DNA of 35,323 nt from Candidatus Latescibacterota bacterium. GTDB taxonomy: Bacteria > Latescibacterota > UBA2968 > UBA8231. Positions within the stretch are counted from its first letter, which is position 1. The number at the start of each line of letters is the position of its first letter. The position numbers and the translations under genes are program-made. The stretch covers positions 1 to 35,323 of the forward strand of contig CBDBIJ010000036.1 of the NCBI GenBank assembly GCA_965205655.1, in the 5' to 3' direction. Of this stretch, positions 23,067 to 33,058 are shown one piece after another. The notes under the pieces were generated by a model. That model did no database searches, was not told where the DNA came from, and saw only the letters and a program-made list of their open reading frames with translations.

Positions 23067-26000
23067 TCAGAAGGGCTCGACCTCCAACCGGCTGTCCTCG
23101 AGAATGACGTCGAGACAGAGACTCTGCAGCTCCTTTACCAACACGTTGAACGATTCCGGGATCCCCGGTTCCGGGGGATTCTCCCCCTTGACGATGGCCT
23201 CGTAGATGCGCGAGCGCCCGGCCACGTCGTCGGATTTGACAGTCAGCATTTCCTGGAGGGTATAGGCCGAGCCGTATGCCTCCAGGGCCCAGACCTCCAT
23301 TTCCCCGAAGCGCTGTCCGCCGAACTGAGCTTTACCCCCCAGCGGCTGCTGAGTGACCAGGGAATAGGGTCCGATGGAGCGGGCGTGGATCTTGTCGGCC
23401 ACCAGATGCGTCAGTTTCATCATGTAGATGAATCCCACCGTGACTTCCTTATCGATCCGCATGCCCGTGCGGCCGTCGAACAGGATGGCCTTGCCGTTCG
23501 CAGGCAGCTCTGCCTGCTGGAGCAGATCCTTGACTTCGTTCAGATTTGCCCCGTCGAAGACTGGCGTCGCCACGTGGACACCAAGCGCCCGGGCGGCCCA
23601 ACCGAGGTGTGTTTCGAAGATTTGCCCCAGGTTCATTCGAGAGGGCACACCGAGGGGGTTGAGAACAATGTCGATGGACGTACCGTCCTCCATGTAGGGC
23701 ATGTCCTCCTCGGGGACGATGGCCGCGACAACTCCCTTGTTGCCGTGCCGCCCCGCCATCTTGTCACCCACCGAAAGCTTGCGTTTCTTCGCCACGTAGA
23801 TTTTCACCAGCTGGATGATACCGGGGGGTAACTCGTCACCTCTCGTGAGGCGCTCTACCAGACGTTCCGTCTGCTCTTCGATGAGCTTCATCTGTTCACT
23901 GGCGTGGTGCAGCAGCGTGTCGACCTTGTCGTTTAGGGTCGCCTCGCCAGTCCATCCATCCTCCGGCGCCACGGCCGAAAAATCCAGCCGCTCGAGGAGC
24001 CGTTCGCTGATCACCGTACCTTCGCGCACGACGATACTGCCGTCTTCGGCGCTGCGCAGACGGCCCAGCTTCTCATCTCCGATCAACCCGATGAGCTGCC
24101 GATTCCTCTCCTCCCGAAGGCGCTCGATCTTGCGGTCCGCATCGCCGCGAAGCTCGGCGATCTGCGCTTTTTCCTTCTTCTTGGTGGCGTCGCCGCGGTC
24201 CTTTCTGGAGAACACCTTGCGACCGATCACAACCCCCTCCATACCTGGAGGAGCCTTCAACGAAGCGTCGCGCACATCCCCGGCCTTCTCGCCGAAAATG
24301 GCCCGCAGGAGCCGCTCTTCCGGAGACAGTTCCGTCTCGCCCTTCGGCGTGACCTTTCCCACGAGGATATCTCCCGGGCCAACCTCCGCGCCTATTCGGA
24401 CGATACCCTCGTCATCGAGATTGCGCACTGCCAGCTCGCTCACATTGGGAATCTCGCGGGTGATCTCCTCTTGCCCGCGCTTCGTGTCCCTCACCTGGAG
24501 CTCGAACTCCTCGATGTGGACGGAGGTGAAAACGTCCCTCTTGAGCAGCCTTTCGCTGATGACGATGGCATCCTCGAAGTTGTAGCCGTTCCACGGCATG
24601 AAGGCGACGAGAACGTTCATTCCGAGGGCGAGGTCCCCCAATTCAGTAGCTGGACCGTCGGCGACCACCTGACCTTTGCCGATTTTGTCTCCCACCTTGA
24701 CGATGGGGCGCTGGTTGATGCAGCAGTCCTGGTTCGATCGCGCGAACTTCGTCAGCCGGTATTCGTCCTCGTCGGCCGTGTCGAGCGGTGAAAGCGTCGT
24801 GCTGCGCCGCTTGTCACGCCTCACCACGACGCGATCGGATTCGGACTCTACCACCTCACCCGGATTGCGCGCCAGGATCACCGCACCGGAATCCCGGGCC
24901 ACCTTCGTTTCCATCCCGGTGCCCACCAGCGGGGCCTCCGTGAACAGGAGCGGCACCGCCTGCCGCTGCATGTTCGAGCCCATCAGTGCCCGGTTGGCGT
25001 CGTCGTGTTCGAGGAAGGGGATGAGGGCCGCCGCCGCACTCACGAGCTGCTTCGGTGATACATCCATGTACTGCACCTCCTCGGGCGCCAGCATGGGATA
25101 GTCATCGCGGCGGCGAGCCTTCACGAGCGGATTGACGAAACTGCCGTTGTCGGCGAGGGGTTCGTTGGCTTGAGCGATGGTGAATCGGTCCTCTTGATCG
25201 GCGGACAGGTACTCGATTTCCGTCGTCGCTTTGCCGTTCACAACAGTTCGATATGGCGTCTCCAGAAATCCGAAGGCGTTTACCCGCGCGTAGGTGCTCA
25301 GGGATGAAATGAGGCCGATGTTCGGTCCTTCCGGCGTCTCGATCGGGCATATGCGGCCGTAGTGAGTGTAGTGGACATCGCGCACCTCGAAGCCGGCGCG
25401 GTCCCTGCTCAGACCCCCGGGCCCCAGAGCGCTGAGCCTGCGCTTGTGGGTGAGCTCGTCGAGCGGATTGTTCTGCTGCATGAACTGAGACAGCTGGCTG
25501 CTGCCGAAAAAAGCCTGCACGACCGTTGAAACCGTGCGGGCGTTGACCAAATCGTGGGGGGTCACCTGATCCTCGTCGCGAAGGCTCATACGCTCCCGAA
25601 TCGTGCGGGCCATGCGCGTGAGGCCGATGCTGAACTGGTTGGCCAGCAGCTCCCCTACCAGGCGGATACGGCGGTTGCCGAGATGGTCGATGTCGTCGGT
25701 GAATCCCTGGCCCATCCTCAACCCGAGCAGGTAGTTGATGATGGCCATGAAATCCTCGAGATGGAGAACGGTGCTCTCCGCGGGAATGTCGAGAACGAGC
25801 CTTCTGTTTATTCGATGGCGCCCCACGTCGCCGAGGTTGTATCGCTTCGGGTTGAAGAACAGCCTTTCGAGCAAGCCGCGGGCGGTCTCGATATTGGGCG
25901 GATCGCCGGGGCGGAGTAGATTGTAGATGCGCGTCAGAGCGTCCTCTTCCGATTCTGAGGGGTCTTTCTTGATCGTGTTCTCCAGCACTCCGGGATCGTT

Positions 26001-26870
26001 GGGATCGGGGCCCTCGAGGACTTTGATTCTCTTGAAGCGGGTTTTCTTCAGTGCCTCCAGCAGCTCCTCGGTAATCTCCTGGTAGGCCTCGACAACGACC
26101 TCGCCCGTTCTACCATCCACCACGTCCTGGCTGCCCACGAAGCGGCCAAGCATGTCATCACCGATCTCGAATTCCTCTTCTTCCCGGAAGAGAGCGAGTA
26201 TCTCGCCGGAGCTGGAGAACCCGAGGCCGCGCAGCAGCAGGGAGACCGGCAGTTTTCGGCGCCGGTCGATGTGGACGTACATGATGTCGTTGATGTCCAT
26301 GCTAAACTCGAGCCACGGACCCTTTGAGGGCAGAATTCGGGCCGAGAACAGCCGCTTGCCATTGGGGTGAAGCGTCTCGTCAAAGAACACCCCGGGCGAG
26401 CGATGGAGTTGGCTCACCACCACCCGCTCCGCGCCATTGATAACGAAGGTCCCCTGCTCGGTCATGATCGGCAGTTCACCCAGGAACACGGACTGCTCCA
26501 CAACGTTCTTCACCGGCTTGTCCGGGCTGTCCTTGTCCCGCGCAATCAGCCGTAAGGTGGCCCGCAGCGGCGCCGCAAACGTCATGCCCCGCTCTCGGCA
26601 CTCCTCTACGTCGTAGCGTGGATTGCCGATTGAGTAATCCACGTACTCCAGGGAGTAAACACCGTGGACGTCGGAAATGGGGAACACGCTCTCGAACACG
26701 GCGTGGAGCCCGCGCCGCTGGCGCCTGCGCGGTGCCGTCTGCAACTGGAGGAAAGACTCGTAGGAGCTGATCTGCACCTCCAGCAGGTTCGGCATTGCCA
26801 CCACTTCCGGGATCTTGCCGAAGGAGAGTCGACTGATGCCACCGTTCTTTGTCTGCGTAGTTTCGCTCAA
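23067..26870 (-). CDS. rpoB: RNA polymerase beta subunit (probable TTG start at 26870)
   Basis: [62 protein letters not shown] before the TTG. Confidence 0.99.
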   Translation of the reverse strand: MSETTQTKNGGISRLSFGKIPEVVAMPNLLEVQISSYESFLQLQTAPRRRQRRGLHAVFESVFPISDVHGVYSLEYVDYSIGNPRYDVEECRERGMTFAAPLRATLRLIARDKDSPDKPVKNVVEQSVFLGELPIMTEQGTFVINGAERVVVSQLHRSPGVFFDETLHPNGKRLFSARILPSKGPWLEFSMDINDIMYVHIDRRRKLPVSLLLRGLGFSSSGEILALFREEEEFEIGDDMLGRFVGSQDVVDGRTGEVVVEAYQEITEELLEALKKTRFKRIKVLEGPDPNDPGVLENTIKKDPSESEEDALTRIYNLLRPGDPPNIETARGLLERLFFNPKRYNLGDVGRHRINRRLVLDIPAESTVLHLEDFMAIINYLLGLRMGQGFTDDIDHLGNRRIRLVGELLANQFSIGLTRMARTIRERMSLRDEDQVTPHDLVNARTVSTVVQAFFGSSQLSQFMQQNNPLDELTHKRRLSALGPGGLSRDRAGFEVRDVHYTHYGRICPIETPEGPNIGLISSLSTYARVNAFGFLETPYRTVVNGKATTEIEYLSADQEDRFTIAQANEPLADNGSFVNPLVKARRRDDYPMLAPEEVQYMDVSPKQLVSAAAALIPFLEHDDANRALMGSNMQRQAVPLLFTEAPLVGTGMETKVARDSGAVILARNPGEVVESESDRVVVRRDKRRSTTLSPLDTADEDEYRLTKFARSNQDCCINQRPIVKVGDKIGKGQVVADGPATELGDLALGMNVLVAFMPWNGYNFEDAIVISERLLKRDVFTSVHIEEFELQVRDTKRGQEEITREIPNVSELAVRNLDDEGIVRIGAEVGPGDILVGKVTPKGETELSPEERLLRAIFGEKAGDVRDASLKAPPGMEGVVIGRKVFSRKDRGDATKKKEKAQIAELRGDADRKIERLREERNRQLIGLIGDEKLGRLRSAEDGSIVVREGTVISERLLERLDFSAVAPEDGWTGEATLNDKVDTLLHHASEQMKLIEEQTERLVERLTRGDELPPGIIQLVKIYVAKKRKLSVGDKMAGRHGNKGVVAAIVPEEDMPYMEDGTSIDIVLNPLGVPSRMNLGQIFETHLGWAARALGVHVATPVFDGANLNEVKDLLQQAELPANGKAILFDGRTGMRIDKEVTVGFIYMMKLTHLVADKIHARSIGPYSLVTQQPLGGKAQFGGQRFGEMEVWALEAYGSAYTLQEMLTVKSDDVAGRSRIYEAIVKGENPPEPGIPESFNVLVKELQSLCLDVILEDSRLEVEPF

Positions 26871-26904
26871 ACTGAGTGCCCCCCCTCTTGCGGAATGAAG
26901 CGAC

Positions 26905-26975
26905 AAAAGCCCACAGGCCGGCCCGCCATCACTGCCTCGTCTCGGCAGCCCGGCGATGGCGGACTATGAGCTTTT
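26905..26975 (-). terminator. Long hairpin with U-run between rplL and rpoB (attenuator-like)
   Basis: Minus strand AAAAGCTCATAG pairs with CTGTGGGCTTTT, enclosing TCCGCCATC/GATGGCGGG and CTGCC/GGCAG. Same position as the E. coli rplL-rpoB attenuator. Confidence 0.6.
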
Positions 26976-27090
26976 GAAAAAACTCGTCCGTTCCTTCGAT
27001 TTGCCGTGGGACCATGCTCGCCAGGAATCAATACTGCGTCATTGAGACACGGTATTCGGACTCCTTGCGATGCCTTCACAGAGCCGATGA

Positions 27091-27494
27091 CTACTTGATC
27101 TCGACGGAGGCGCCGGCCTCTGAGAGTCGAGCCTGTATCTCCTCGGCCTCCTGCTTTGTAACACCTTCCTTGACTGACTTCGGGGGCTTCGTCGACGAGG
27201 GCTTTTGCCTCTTTGAGACCCAGGCTCGTAATCTCGCGCACGACCTTGATAACCTGAATCTTCTTGTCTCCCGCGGCCGTGAGTACGACATCGAACTCGT
27301 CTTTCTCGACAGCCGCCTCGGCCCCGTCTCCGGCGGCAGGAGCGGCCCCGGCCATCATGACCGGCGCGGCTGCCGAAACGCCGAACTTGTCTTCTAATGC
27401 TTTGACCAGATCCGCGAGCTCGAGGACGGTGAGACCCGCCAATGGTCTCGATGATCTCCTCGACTTTCGGACTGCCATTCCCTTCTTCGCTCAT
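27091..27494 (-). CDS. rplL: 50S ribosomal protein L7/L12; two apparent extra bases (about 27440 and 27184)
   Basis: Pieces in three frames: KVEEIIETI / [26 protein letters not shown]...[20 protein letters not shown] / [11 protein letters not shown]...AGASVEIK; span 404 = 402+2. Confidence 0.94.
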
Positions 27495-27569
27495 CTGTCT
27501 GCTACCTCCCTATTGGGCATTCGCCTGAGGACTTCATGGCCTCGCATAAACCACAATTCGCATACACAG

Positions 27570-28142
27570 CTACATGGACACGTCGGACTCTTGGCCGCTG
27601 GCATCGACATCCCTTGACTGGGCGGCGTCGCGTTCCTCCTGCACCGCGGCGAGCACGCCCGACCAGATTCCTCAGGAGGCCCGCACAGGACCCCCGAAAA
27701 ACCGTACAGGGGATTCTGGACCGCCCAGAGAAACTTTCCGACCAGCTCTTCTCTGGATGGCAGGGAGGCGATCTGAAGGACCTGCTCCGGCGACAGTAAT
27801 TCCCCGTCGAGAAAACCGCTCTTGATGGTGAGCTTGCCGCCGCCGTCGATGAACTTCTGGAGAATCTTTGCTGGTGCCAGAGGATCGGCATGGCCGAAAG
27901 CCATGGCCGTGGGACCGCTGAGGGAGTCTTCCAGCGAGTGCATGCCCGCCTTCGCCGCTGCCAGCTTGGCCAACCGATTCTTCACGACCTCGTACCGGAT
28001 CGATGCCTGGCGCAGCGATCGCCGCAGCCTGAGTCGCCGACGCCACGTCGAGCCCGGTGAAATCGGCCAGGTAGAGAGACGTCGCCCCGGACATTTTTCG
28101 GCAGAGCTCTTCTACTTGTTCGCTCTTTTCTTTCGTCGCCAT
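27570..28142 (-). CDS. rplJ: 50S ribosomal protein L10; three apparent extra bases (about 28028, 27681, 27659)
   Basis: MATKEK...LADFTGLDV / LRR.LR...YEVVKNRL...GPTA.AF...ASLPSREEL / LLRNLV / VLAAVQEER..TAG. Each junction has one extra G. Confidence 0.92.
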
Positions 28143-28172
28143 GACCTTCGCTCAATCGTGAATTGCGACCAC

Positions 28173-28874
28173 TCAGGCTGCGACAGCGGCGGGATCGATC
28201 TTGATTCCCGGGCCCATCGTCGTTGACAGGGTCAACTTGCGGACAAACTGTCCTTTGGTCGCAGCCGGCTTGGCGCGCACAATGGCCTCTGAGAACACCT
28301 TGGCGTTGTCCATGAGCGCCGCATCCTCGAACGAGAGTTTTCCGATGGCGGCCTGGGCGTTGTTCCCCGACTTGCTGTCGGCGCGGAACTCGACACGGCC
28401 GGCCTTCGATTCCTTCACCACGGCCCCGACGTCCCTGGTTACGGTGCCGGTCTTCGGGTTCGGCATCAATCCCCGGGGCCCGAGTATGCGTCCGAGTTTT
28501 CCTACCTGTCCCATCATATCCGGCGAGGCGACGACGAGATCGAACTCCAGCCAGCCCTTCTGAATCTTGTCGATCACGTCAGCTCCGCCGACGTGATCGG
28601 CGCCAGCCTCCTCTGCTTCTTTCACCAGCTCGCCCTGGGTTATCACCAAGACGCGCACATCTCTCCCCGTGCCGTGGGGAAGACTCACCGTGCCGCGAAT
28701 GGCTTGATCCGCGTGCCTCCCGTCGATGCCCAAGTGGAAGGTGAGCTCGACGGATTCATCGAAGGACTTTGTGGGAAACGATCTCAGGATCCCAAACGCC
28801 TGTTCCCAGGAATGGGCACTCCGCTTGTCGTAGGATGCAGCCGACTCCTTGTATTTCCTGCCGCGACGGGCCAT
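28173..28874 (-). CDS. rplA: 50S ribosomal protein L1
   Basis: [48 protein letters not shown] at 28874 with AGAGAGGA SD. Confidence 0.98.
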   Translation of the reverse strand: MARRGRKYKESAASYDKRSAHSWEQAFGILRSFPTKSFDESVELTFHLGIDGRHADQAIRGTVSLPHGTGRDVRVLVITQGELVKEAEEAGADHVGGADVIDKIQKGWLEFDLVVASPDMMGQVGKLGRILGPRGLMPNPKTGTVTRDVGAVVKESKAGRVEFRADSKSGNNAQAAIGKLSFEDAALMDNAKVFSEAIVRAKPAATKGQFVRKLTLSTTMGPGIKIDPAAVAA

Positions 28875-28914
28875 GGACGAAAATCCTCTCTGCTTTGAGC
28901 TCGGCCTAGGCCTG

Positions 28915-29402
28915 TCAGTCCGGCGTGGAGGCGTCGCTGGCTGGAGCTCGGGTCGAAAGACTCGTCGCCGACAGCAGCCCCGTCGACGAGCAATCCCATA
29001 CTGCGCGCAGTGCCGGCGATCATCCGCATCGCCGCCTCCACGTCGTTCGCGTTCAGGTCTTCCATTTTCGCTTCGGCGATCTCTCGCAAGTCGGCGCTTT
29101 TTACTGATCCCACTTTGTCCCTGTTCGGGACCCCCGACCCCTTGTCGATGCCCGCCGCCCGCTTCAGCAGCACCGACGCCGGGGGCGTCTTCATGATGAA
29201 CGCGAAGCTCCGGTCGGCGTACACGGTGATGACGACGGGAATGATTAGCCCCTTGCCTATCCTGGGTGCTGGCGTTGAAGGCCTTGCAAAACTCCATGAT
29301 GTTGACGCCGTGCTGCCCGAGCGCAGGACCCACCGGCGGCGTCGGGTTCGCCTGCCCGGCGGGAATCTGCAGTTTGATGAGCGCGAGTACCCTTTTTGCC
29401 AT
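28915..29402 (-). CDS. rplK: 50S ribosomal protein L11; extra base at about 29250 and probably a second at about 28955 (3' end inferred)
   Basis: [33 protein letters not shown], then in the shifted frame [17 protein letters not shown]...GTARSMG. A second correction gives a TGA at 28915, avoiding a 91-nt overlap with rplA. Confidence 0.9.
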
Positions 29403-29422
29403 CGAAAGACTCTCCTCGGTGC

Positions 29423-29971
29423 CTACGCGCCGGGCAGGTTCCCCTCGGTCACCGGCTCCACCTGGAGAACATCGAGCTCTACCGGCGTGCCGCGCCCGAA
29501 AATGCTGACGATAATCTTCAGCCTCCGCTTCTCGGGGATGACCTCCTGTACGGTGCCGATAAAATCCTTGAACGCCCCGTCATTGACCTTCACCTGGTCC
29601 GCCACCTCAAAGGGTATTTCGTCCACCTCCTGCGACTTTCGACGGTTTATGTGGCCGAGGATGTGATCGACCTCGCCCTGGGTGAGAGGCTGTGGCTTGC
29701 GCGCGGGACCGACGAAGTTGGTGACGCCGGGAATGTTCGTAACGAGGTGCCACGCGTCCTTGCCCATTTCCATCTCCACCAGCACGTAACTGGGCAGAAA
29801 CCGTTTCTTGGATACTGTCTTCTTGCCACCCCTCATCTCGACCACTTCCTCGGTGGGCACGACCACCTGCGAAATGGAGCCCGCAGCTGCGTCGGATTCG
29901 ATCAGTGATTCGAGGTATGATTTCACCTTGTTTTCGTGCCCGGAATAGGTATGGAGCGCGTACCACTGCAT
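29423..29971 (-). CDS. nusG: Transcription termination/antitermination factor NusG
   Basis: [33 protein letters not shown] domain, [10 protein letters not shown]. Confidence 0.98.
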   Translation of the reverse strand: MQWYALHTYSGHENKVKSYLESLIESDAAAGSISQVVVPTEEVVEMRGGKKTVSKKRFLPSYVLVEMEMGKDAWHLVTNIPGVTNFVGPARKPQPLTQGEVDHILGHINRRKSQEVDEIPFEVADQVKVNDGAFKDFIGTVQEVIPEKRRLKIIVSIFGRGTPVELDVLQVEPVTEGNLPGA

Positions 29972-30056
29972 GGCTCAACCTCTGAAGGACATCCCCGTGG
30001 AGCGGCCATCCGCAGCGGACAACTGCGGACATCGATAGAATTTACTTTCCCCGTCA

Positions 30057-30239
30057 TCACAGAAGCACTGCCCGGACGTAGGAGAGAACGAGATCGAAGA
30101 GACCGATGAATATGGCGAAGGCCACCGAGAAGAAGACGACGACTGTCGTGGAGTTCACGAGATCGTCTCGAGTCGGCCAGATAACCCTGTCGAGCTCGGA
30201 TCGAACTTCGCTCAGGAACGTCTTGATTTTCTCCAGCAT
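30057..30239 (-). CDS. secE: Preprotein translocase subunit SecE
   Basis: FLSEVRSELDRVIWPTR plus one TM helix; between tRNA-Trp and nusG. Confidence 0.95.
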   Translation of the reverse strand: MLEKIKTFLSEVRSELDRVIWPTRDDLVNSTTVVVFFSVAFAIFIGLFDLVLSYVRAVLL

Positions 30240-30277
30240 CCCGAATGCCGGTCCACCCCTCTCGCTTTGTCAGCCGT

Positions 30278-30353
30278 TGGCAGGTCTGGCAGGACTCGAA
30301 CCTGCAACCCCCGGTTTTGGAGACCGGTGCTCTACCAATTGAGCTACAGACCT
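30278..30353 (-). tRNA. tRNA-Trp (CCA)
   Basis: AGGTCTGTAGCTCAATTGGTAGAGCACCGGTCTCCAAAACCGGGGGTTGCAGGTTCGAGTCCTGCCAGACCTGCCA; 76-nt cloverleaf with encoded CCA end. Confidence 0.98.
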
Positions 30354-30384
30354 ACGCCCACTCCTCAGCTCGTGCCCGCTGCGA

Positions 30385-30537
30385 TCACCGCGTTTCCTTG
30401 TGGAGCGTGTGCTTGCGACAGAAACGACAGTACTTTCTGGCTTCCAGCCGGCTCGGATGGGTGCGGCGATTCTTCGTGGTATTGTAGTTCCGCCGACTGC
30501 AATCACCGCATTCGAGTGTGATCTGCTCTCTCGGCAT
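30385..30537 (-). CDS. rpmG: 50S ribosomal protein L33 (Zn-binding), 50 aa, not in the ORF track
   Basis: Manual translation [50 protein letters not shown]. Confidence 0.98.
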   Translation of the reverse strand: MPREQITLECGDCSRRNYNTTKNRRTHPSRLEARKYCRFCRKHTLHKETR

Positions 30538-30644
30538 GCTCGCTGCGTTGAAGACGTGAAAGTATTGCTAGGCCGCGACCGTTCCGGCCGTCGCCCCATC
30601 GAACAATCGTCTGACTATCAACGGTTTACGTGTTGAATTGAGTC

Positions 30645-30720
<76 letters not shown>

Positions 30721-30750
30721 CCTGCGATAGGTAGCTAACAGTGCATTAGT

Positions 30751-30827
30751 TGGAGCGGGAAACGGGACTCGAACCCGCGACATCGAGCTTGGAAGGCTCG
30801 CGCTCTAGCCAACTGAGCTACTCCCGC
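30751..30827 (-). tRNA. tRNA-Gly (TCC)
   Basis: GCGGGAGTAGCTCAGTTGGCTAGAGCGCGAGCCTTCCAAGCTCGATGTCGCGGGTTCGAGTCCCGTTTCCCGCTCCA; 77 nt. Confidence 0.98.
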
Positions 30828-30878
30828 CTCATCGCCGACCACCTGCAAGCGCCAGGCGAATGTCGCTGCAAGCTGTAT

Positions 30879-30908
30879 AAGCTAAGGCTCCACCCCGGAG
30901 GCTGTCAA
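30879..30908 (-). promoter_or_regulatory. Putative sigma70 promoter for the tRNA-rpmG-secE-nusG unit
   Basis: Minus strand TTGACA-N18-TAGCTT, about 50 nt upstream of tRNA-Gly. Confidence 0.65.
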
Positions 30909-31001
30909 CCCGCGGATGGCGATGTCTCAGCGGCGATCCGCACCGAGCGGCCGAAGAGACGCTTTGAAGATGTATAACTAATTGTTTACAATAAGGTTGA
31001 G

Positions 31002-31472
31002 CTATCTGGATATCTTCACGATACGATACTCCAAGCGACCGGCCGGCACCTCGATCTCTACCTCCTCACCCTCCTCGTGTCCGAGCAGTCCCTGACCGAT
31101 CGGTGAGACCGTTGAAATCTTTCCCTGCTCAAAGTCGGCTTCCTCAGGCGCCACAAGCGTGTAGGTGAATTCCTTTTTCTGCTTCAAATCCAGCAGCTCG
31201 ACGGTGGCACCGATGTACACCTTGTCATCGGGGATGTTCTCATTCTCGATCAGCGTGGCCCGGCTCAGGGTCTCCTCAAGTCTATTGATGCGTTGCTCGA
31301 GAAACATGAGGCGCTCCTTGGCGGCCGCATACTCCGCATTCTCGGACAAATCCCCGAACTCGCGCGCGTACTGCAAGGCAGCTCTCACTATTGGACGCTC
31401 GGTTCCCTTCAGCTCCTTCAGCTCGGCCTGGAGCTTCTGATACCCCTCTCTCGACAGATATACCTCACTCAT
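31002..31472 (-). CDS. greA: Transcription elongation factor GreA
   Basis: AREFGDLSENAEY.AAKE, V.IGATVEL, GKIS..SPIG.GLLG...GE.V...VPAG; ATG at 31472. Confidence 0.97.
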   Translation of the reverse strand: MSEVYLSREGYQKLQAELKELKGTERPIVRAALQYAREFGDLSENAEYAAAKERLMFLEQRINRLEETLSRATLIENENIPDDKVYIGATVELLDLKQKKEFTYTLVAPEEADFEQGKISTVSPIGQGLLGHEEGEEVEIEVPAGRLEYRIVKISR

Positions 31473-31506
31473 CTCCGACCGGCCTCCGCTGTCCAATCGC
31501 CCACGC

Positions 31507-31544
31507 AAAAAGCGGAAGCGTCGATACAACCCACCGCTTCCGCT
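31507..31544 (-). terminator. Intrinsic terminator inside the greA 5' leader
   Basis: Minus strand AGCGGAAGCG-N14-CGCTTCCGCT-TTTT: perfect 10-bp stem with U-tract, about 35 nt before the greA ATG. Confidence 0.7.
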
Positions 31545-31569
31545 ACGTCTGATTCCCTCGGTTTAGCGG

Positions 31570-31598
31570 AATATAGCAAAAACGAGCGTGAGGTGCAA
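31570..31598 (-). promoter_or_regulatory. Putative sigma70 promoter of greA (extended -10)
   Basis: Minus strand TTGCAC-N17-TATATT, with TG at the extended -10 position. Confidence 0.65.
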
Positions 31599-31661
31599 CC
31601 TCAGATGGGTGACGCCCACCCCGCTGAACGCGATGCCTGTGGTCGCTTGCCGACACGAGGC

Positions 31662-31690
31662 TTTGCCGGGTTCGATTCGGCGCCTATCTT
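31662..31690 (+). promoter_or_regulatory. Possible promoter of sbcD-sbcC
   Basis: TTGCCG-N16-TATCTT (or TTTGCC-N17-TATCTT), about 110 nt upstream of sbcD; weak match. Confidence 0.3.
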
Positions 31691-31798
31691 TCCCCAACGA
31701 CTTCACTACCCCGCCCGTGCGCCCGAGGTGGATCTCCATCTCGCCGCAACGTTCCCTCCCCGCAGCTCTCCAGCCTCCACCGCAACCGGGAGACACCC

Positions 31799-33058
31799 GT
31801 GCGCCTTCTCCACTTTGCCGATCTCCATCTCGGAATCGAGAATTACGGCCGCATCGACCCGGCCACCGGGCTTCACACTCGCTTCGCCGATTTCGTCCGC
31901 AGCTTTCGGTTCGTCGTCGACCTGGCTCTCGAAGAGCGCGTCGATGCCGCTCTGTTGGCCGGCGACGTCTACAAGACCCCGAGCCCCAACCCCACCTGGC
32001 AGCGGGAGTTTGCCACCCAGCTCCACCGTCTGCACGAGGCAAGTATTCCGATCGTCCTCGTGGTTGGGAACCACGACGCGCCGGCGTCTTTCGGCCGAGC
32101 GACGTCAGTGGACGTGTTCAGCGCTCTCGAGCTGGGCAACACCTACGTCGTCCGGACGCCTCAGTTGCTCACGATCGAGACGGCGAGCGGTCCGCTCCAG
32201 GTTGTCGGCCTTCCATGGCCGACGCGGCACTTCCTGCGCGCCGACGAACGCTACAGGCAGTGCGACGAAGAATCGCTCAATGCCGCTATTGAGCAGATGT
32301 GCAGCGAATCGATACGGGAGTTTGCCGCTCGTATCGATACCTCTTCGGCGGCTGTGCTCGTCGCTCACGTAGCCGCCACCGGAGCGCTGTATTCGGGAAG
32401 CGAGCGCACCGCCGTCATCGGTTCCGATCCGACTCTGTCGACGAGCTCGCTCGCCAATCCCGTTTTCGACTATGTCGCTCTCGGACACATCCATCGGCAC
32501 CAGGACCTCAATCCGAAAAACTCGCCGCCGGTGGTGTATGCCGGCAGCGTTGACCGTATCGACTTCGGAGAGGAGAACGACGAGAAGGGATGCTGCCTCG
32601 TGACCATCGATTGCGGCACGCGGGCGAAATCGACAACCTACCGATTCGTACCCACACCGGCTCGCCGGTTCGTCACGGTCAACGTCGAGACCGAGGGTGA
32701 CGGCTCGGATCCCACCGAGGCCGTATTGGCGGCACTGTCCGACACCCGGGTGACCGACGCCGTCGTCCGCATCATCTACGAGCTCAGCGAGGATGCCGAC
32801 AACGAGAGGCGTGTCGATTGTCAGCGGATTCTCGGCGCCATGACATCGGCGTATCACGTAGCCGGCATCTTTCCCAAGCCACGGGCAAGCCAGCGGCAGC
32901 GACGGGCGGGCGTCAGCCAGGACATGGATCTCGCGCAGGCCCTCGACCGCTATATCGACAACAATCCCGCGTTGGAAAGCAGTCGTGCGGATCTGCAGCG
33001 CTACGCCAGAGAGCTCGAGCGCTGCAAAGATCTGGCCCAACCCGAGGAGTCGCCGTAA
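31799..33058 (+). CDS. sbcD: SbcD/Mre11-family DNA repair nuclease, GTG start
   Basis: Metallophosphoesterase motifs HFADLHLG, AGDVY, GNHD, AH, DYVALGHIH, YAGS..RIDFGE; upstream of an SMC-like ATPase. Confidence 0.93.
   Translation: MRLLHFADLHLGIENYGRIDPATGLHTRFADFVRSFRFVVDLALEERVDAALLAGDVYKTPSPNPTWQREFATQLHRLHEASIPIVLVVGNHDAPASFGRATSVDVFSALELGNTYVVRTPQLLTIETASGPLQVVGLPWPTRHFLRADERYRQCDEESLNAAIEQMCSESIREFAARIDTSSAAVLVAHVAATGALYSGSERTAVIGSDPTLSTSSLANPVFDYVALGHIHRHQDLNPKNSPPVVYAGSVDRIDFGEENDEKGCCLVTIDCGTRAKSTTYRFVPTPARRFVTVNVETEGDGSDPTEAVLAALSDTRVTDAVVRIIYELSEDADNERRVDCQRILGAMTSAYHVAGIFPKPRASQRQRRAGVSQDMDLAQALDRYIDNNPALESSRADLQRYARELERCKDLAQPEESP

Noticed and set aside
28173..29402. 409-aa ORF that looks like an L11-L1 fusion
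   Set aside because: It arises from the frameshift at about 29250. The middle is out-of-frame rplK, and rplA has its own SD and ATG at 28874.
31665..31684. GCCGGGTTCGATTCGGCGCC, resembling a tRNA T-arm or att-site remnant
   Set aside because: No D-arm, anticodon arm or acceptor stem, no match to the tRNAs in the window and no integrase nearby.
31293..32372. ORFs spanning the greA-sbcD intergenic region (31293-32372, 31563-32042, 31588-32292)
   Set aside because: They overlap greA or sbcD in other frames, are Pro/Arg/Ser-rich without family motifs, and cross the predicted promoters.
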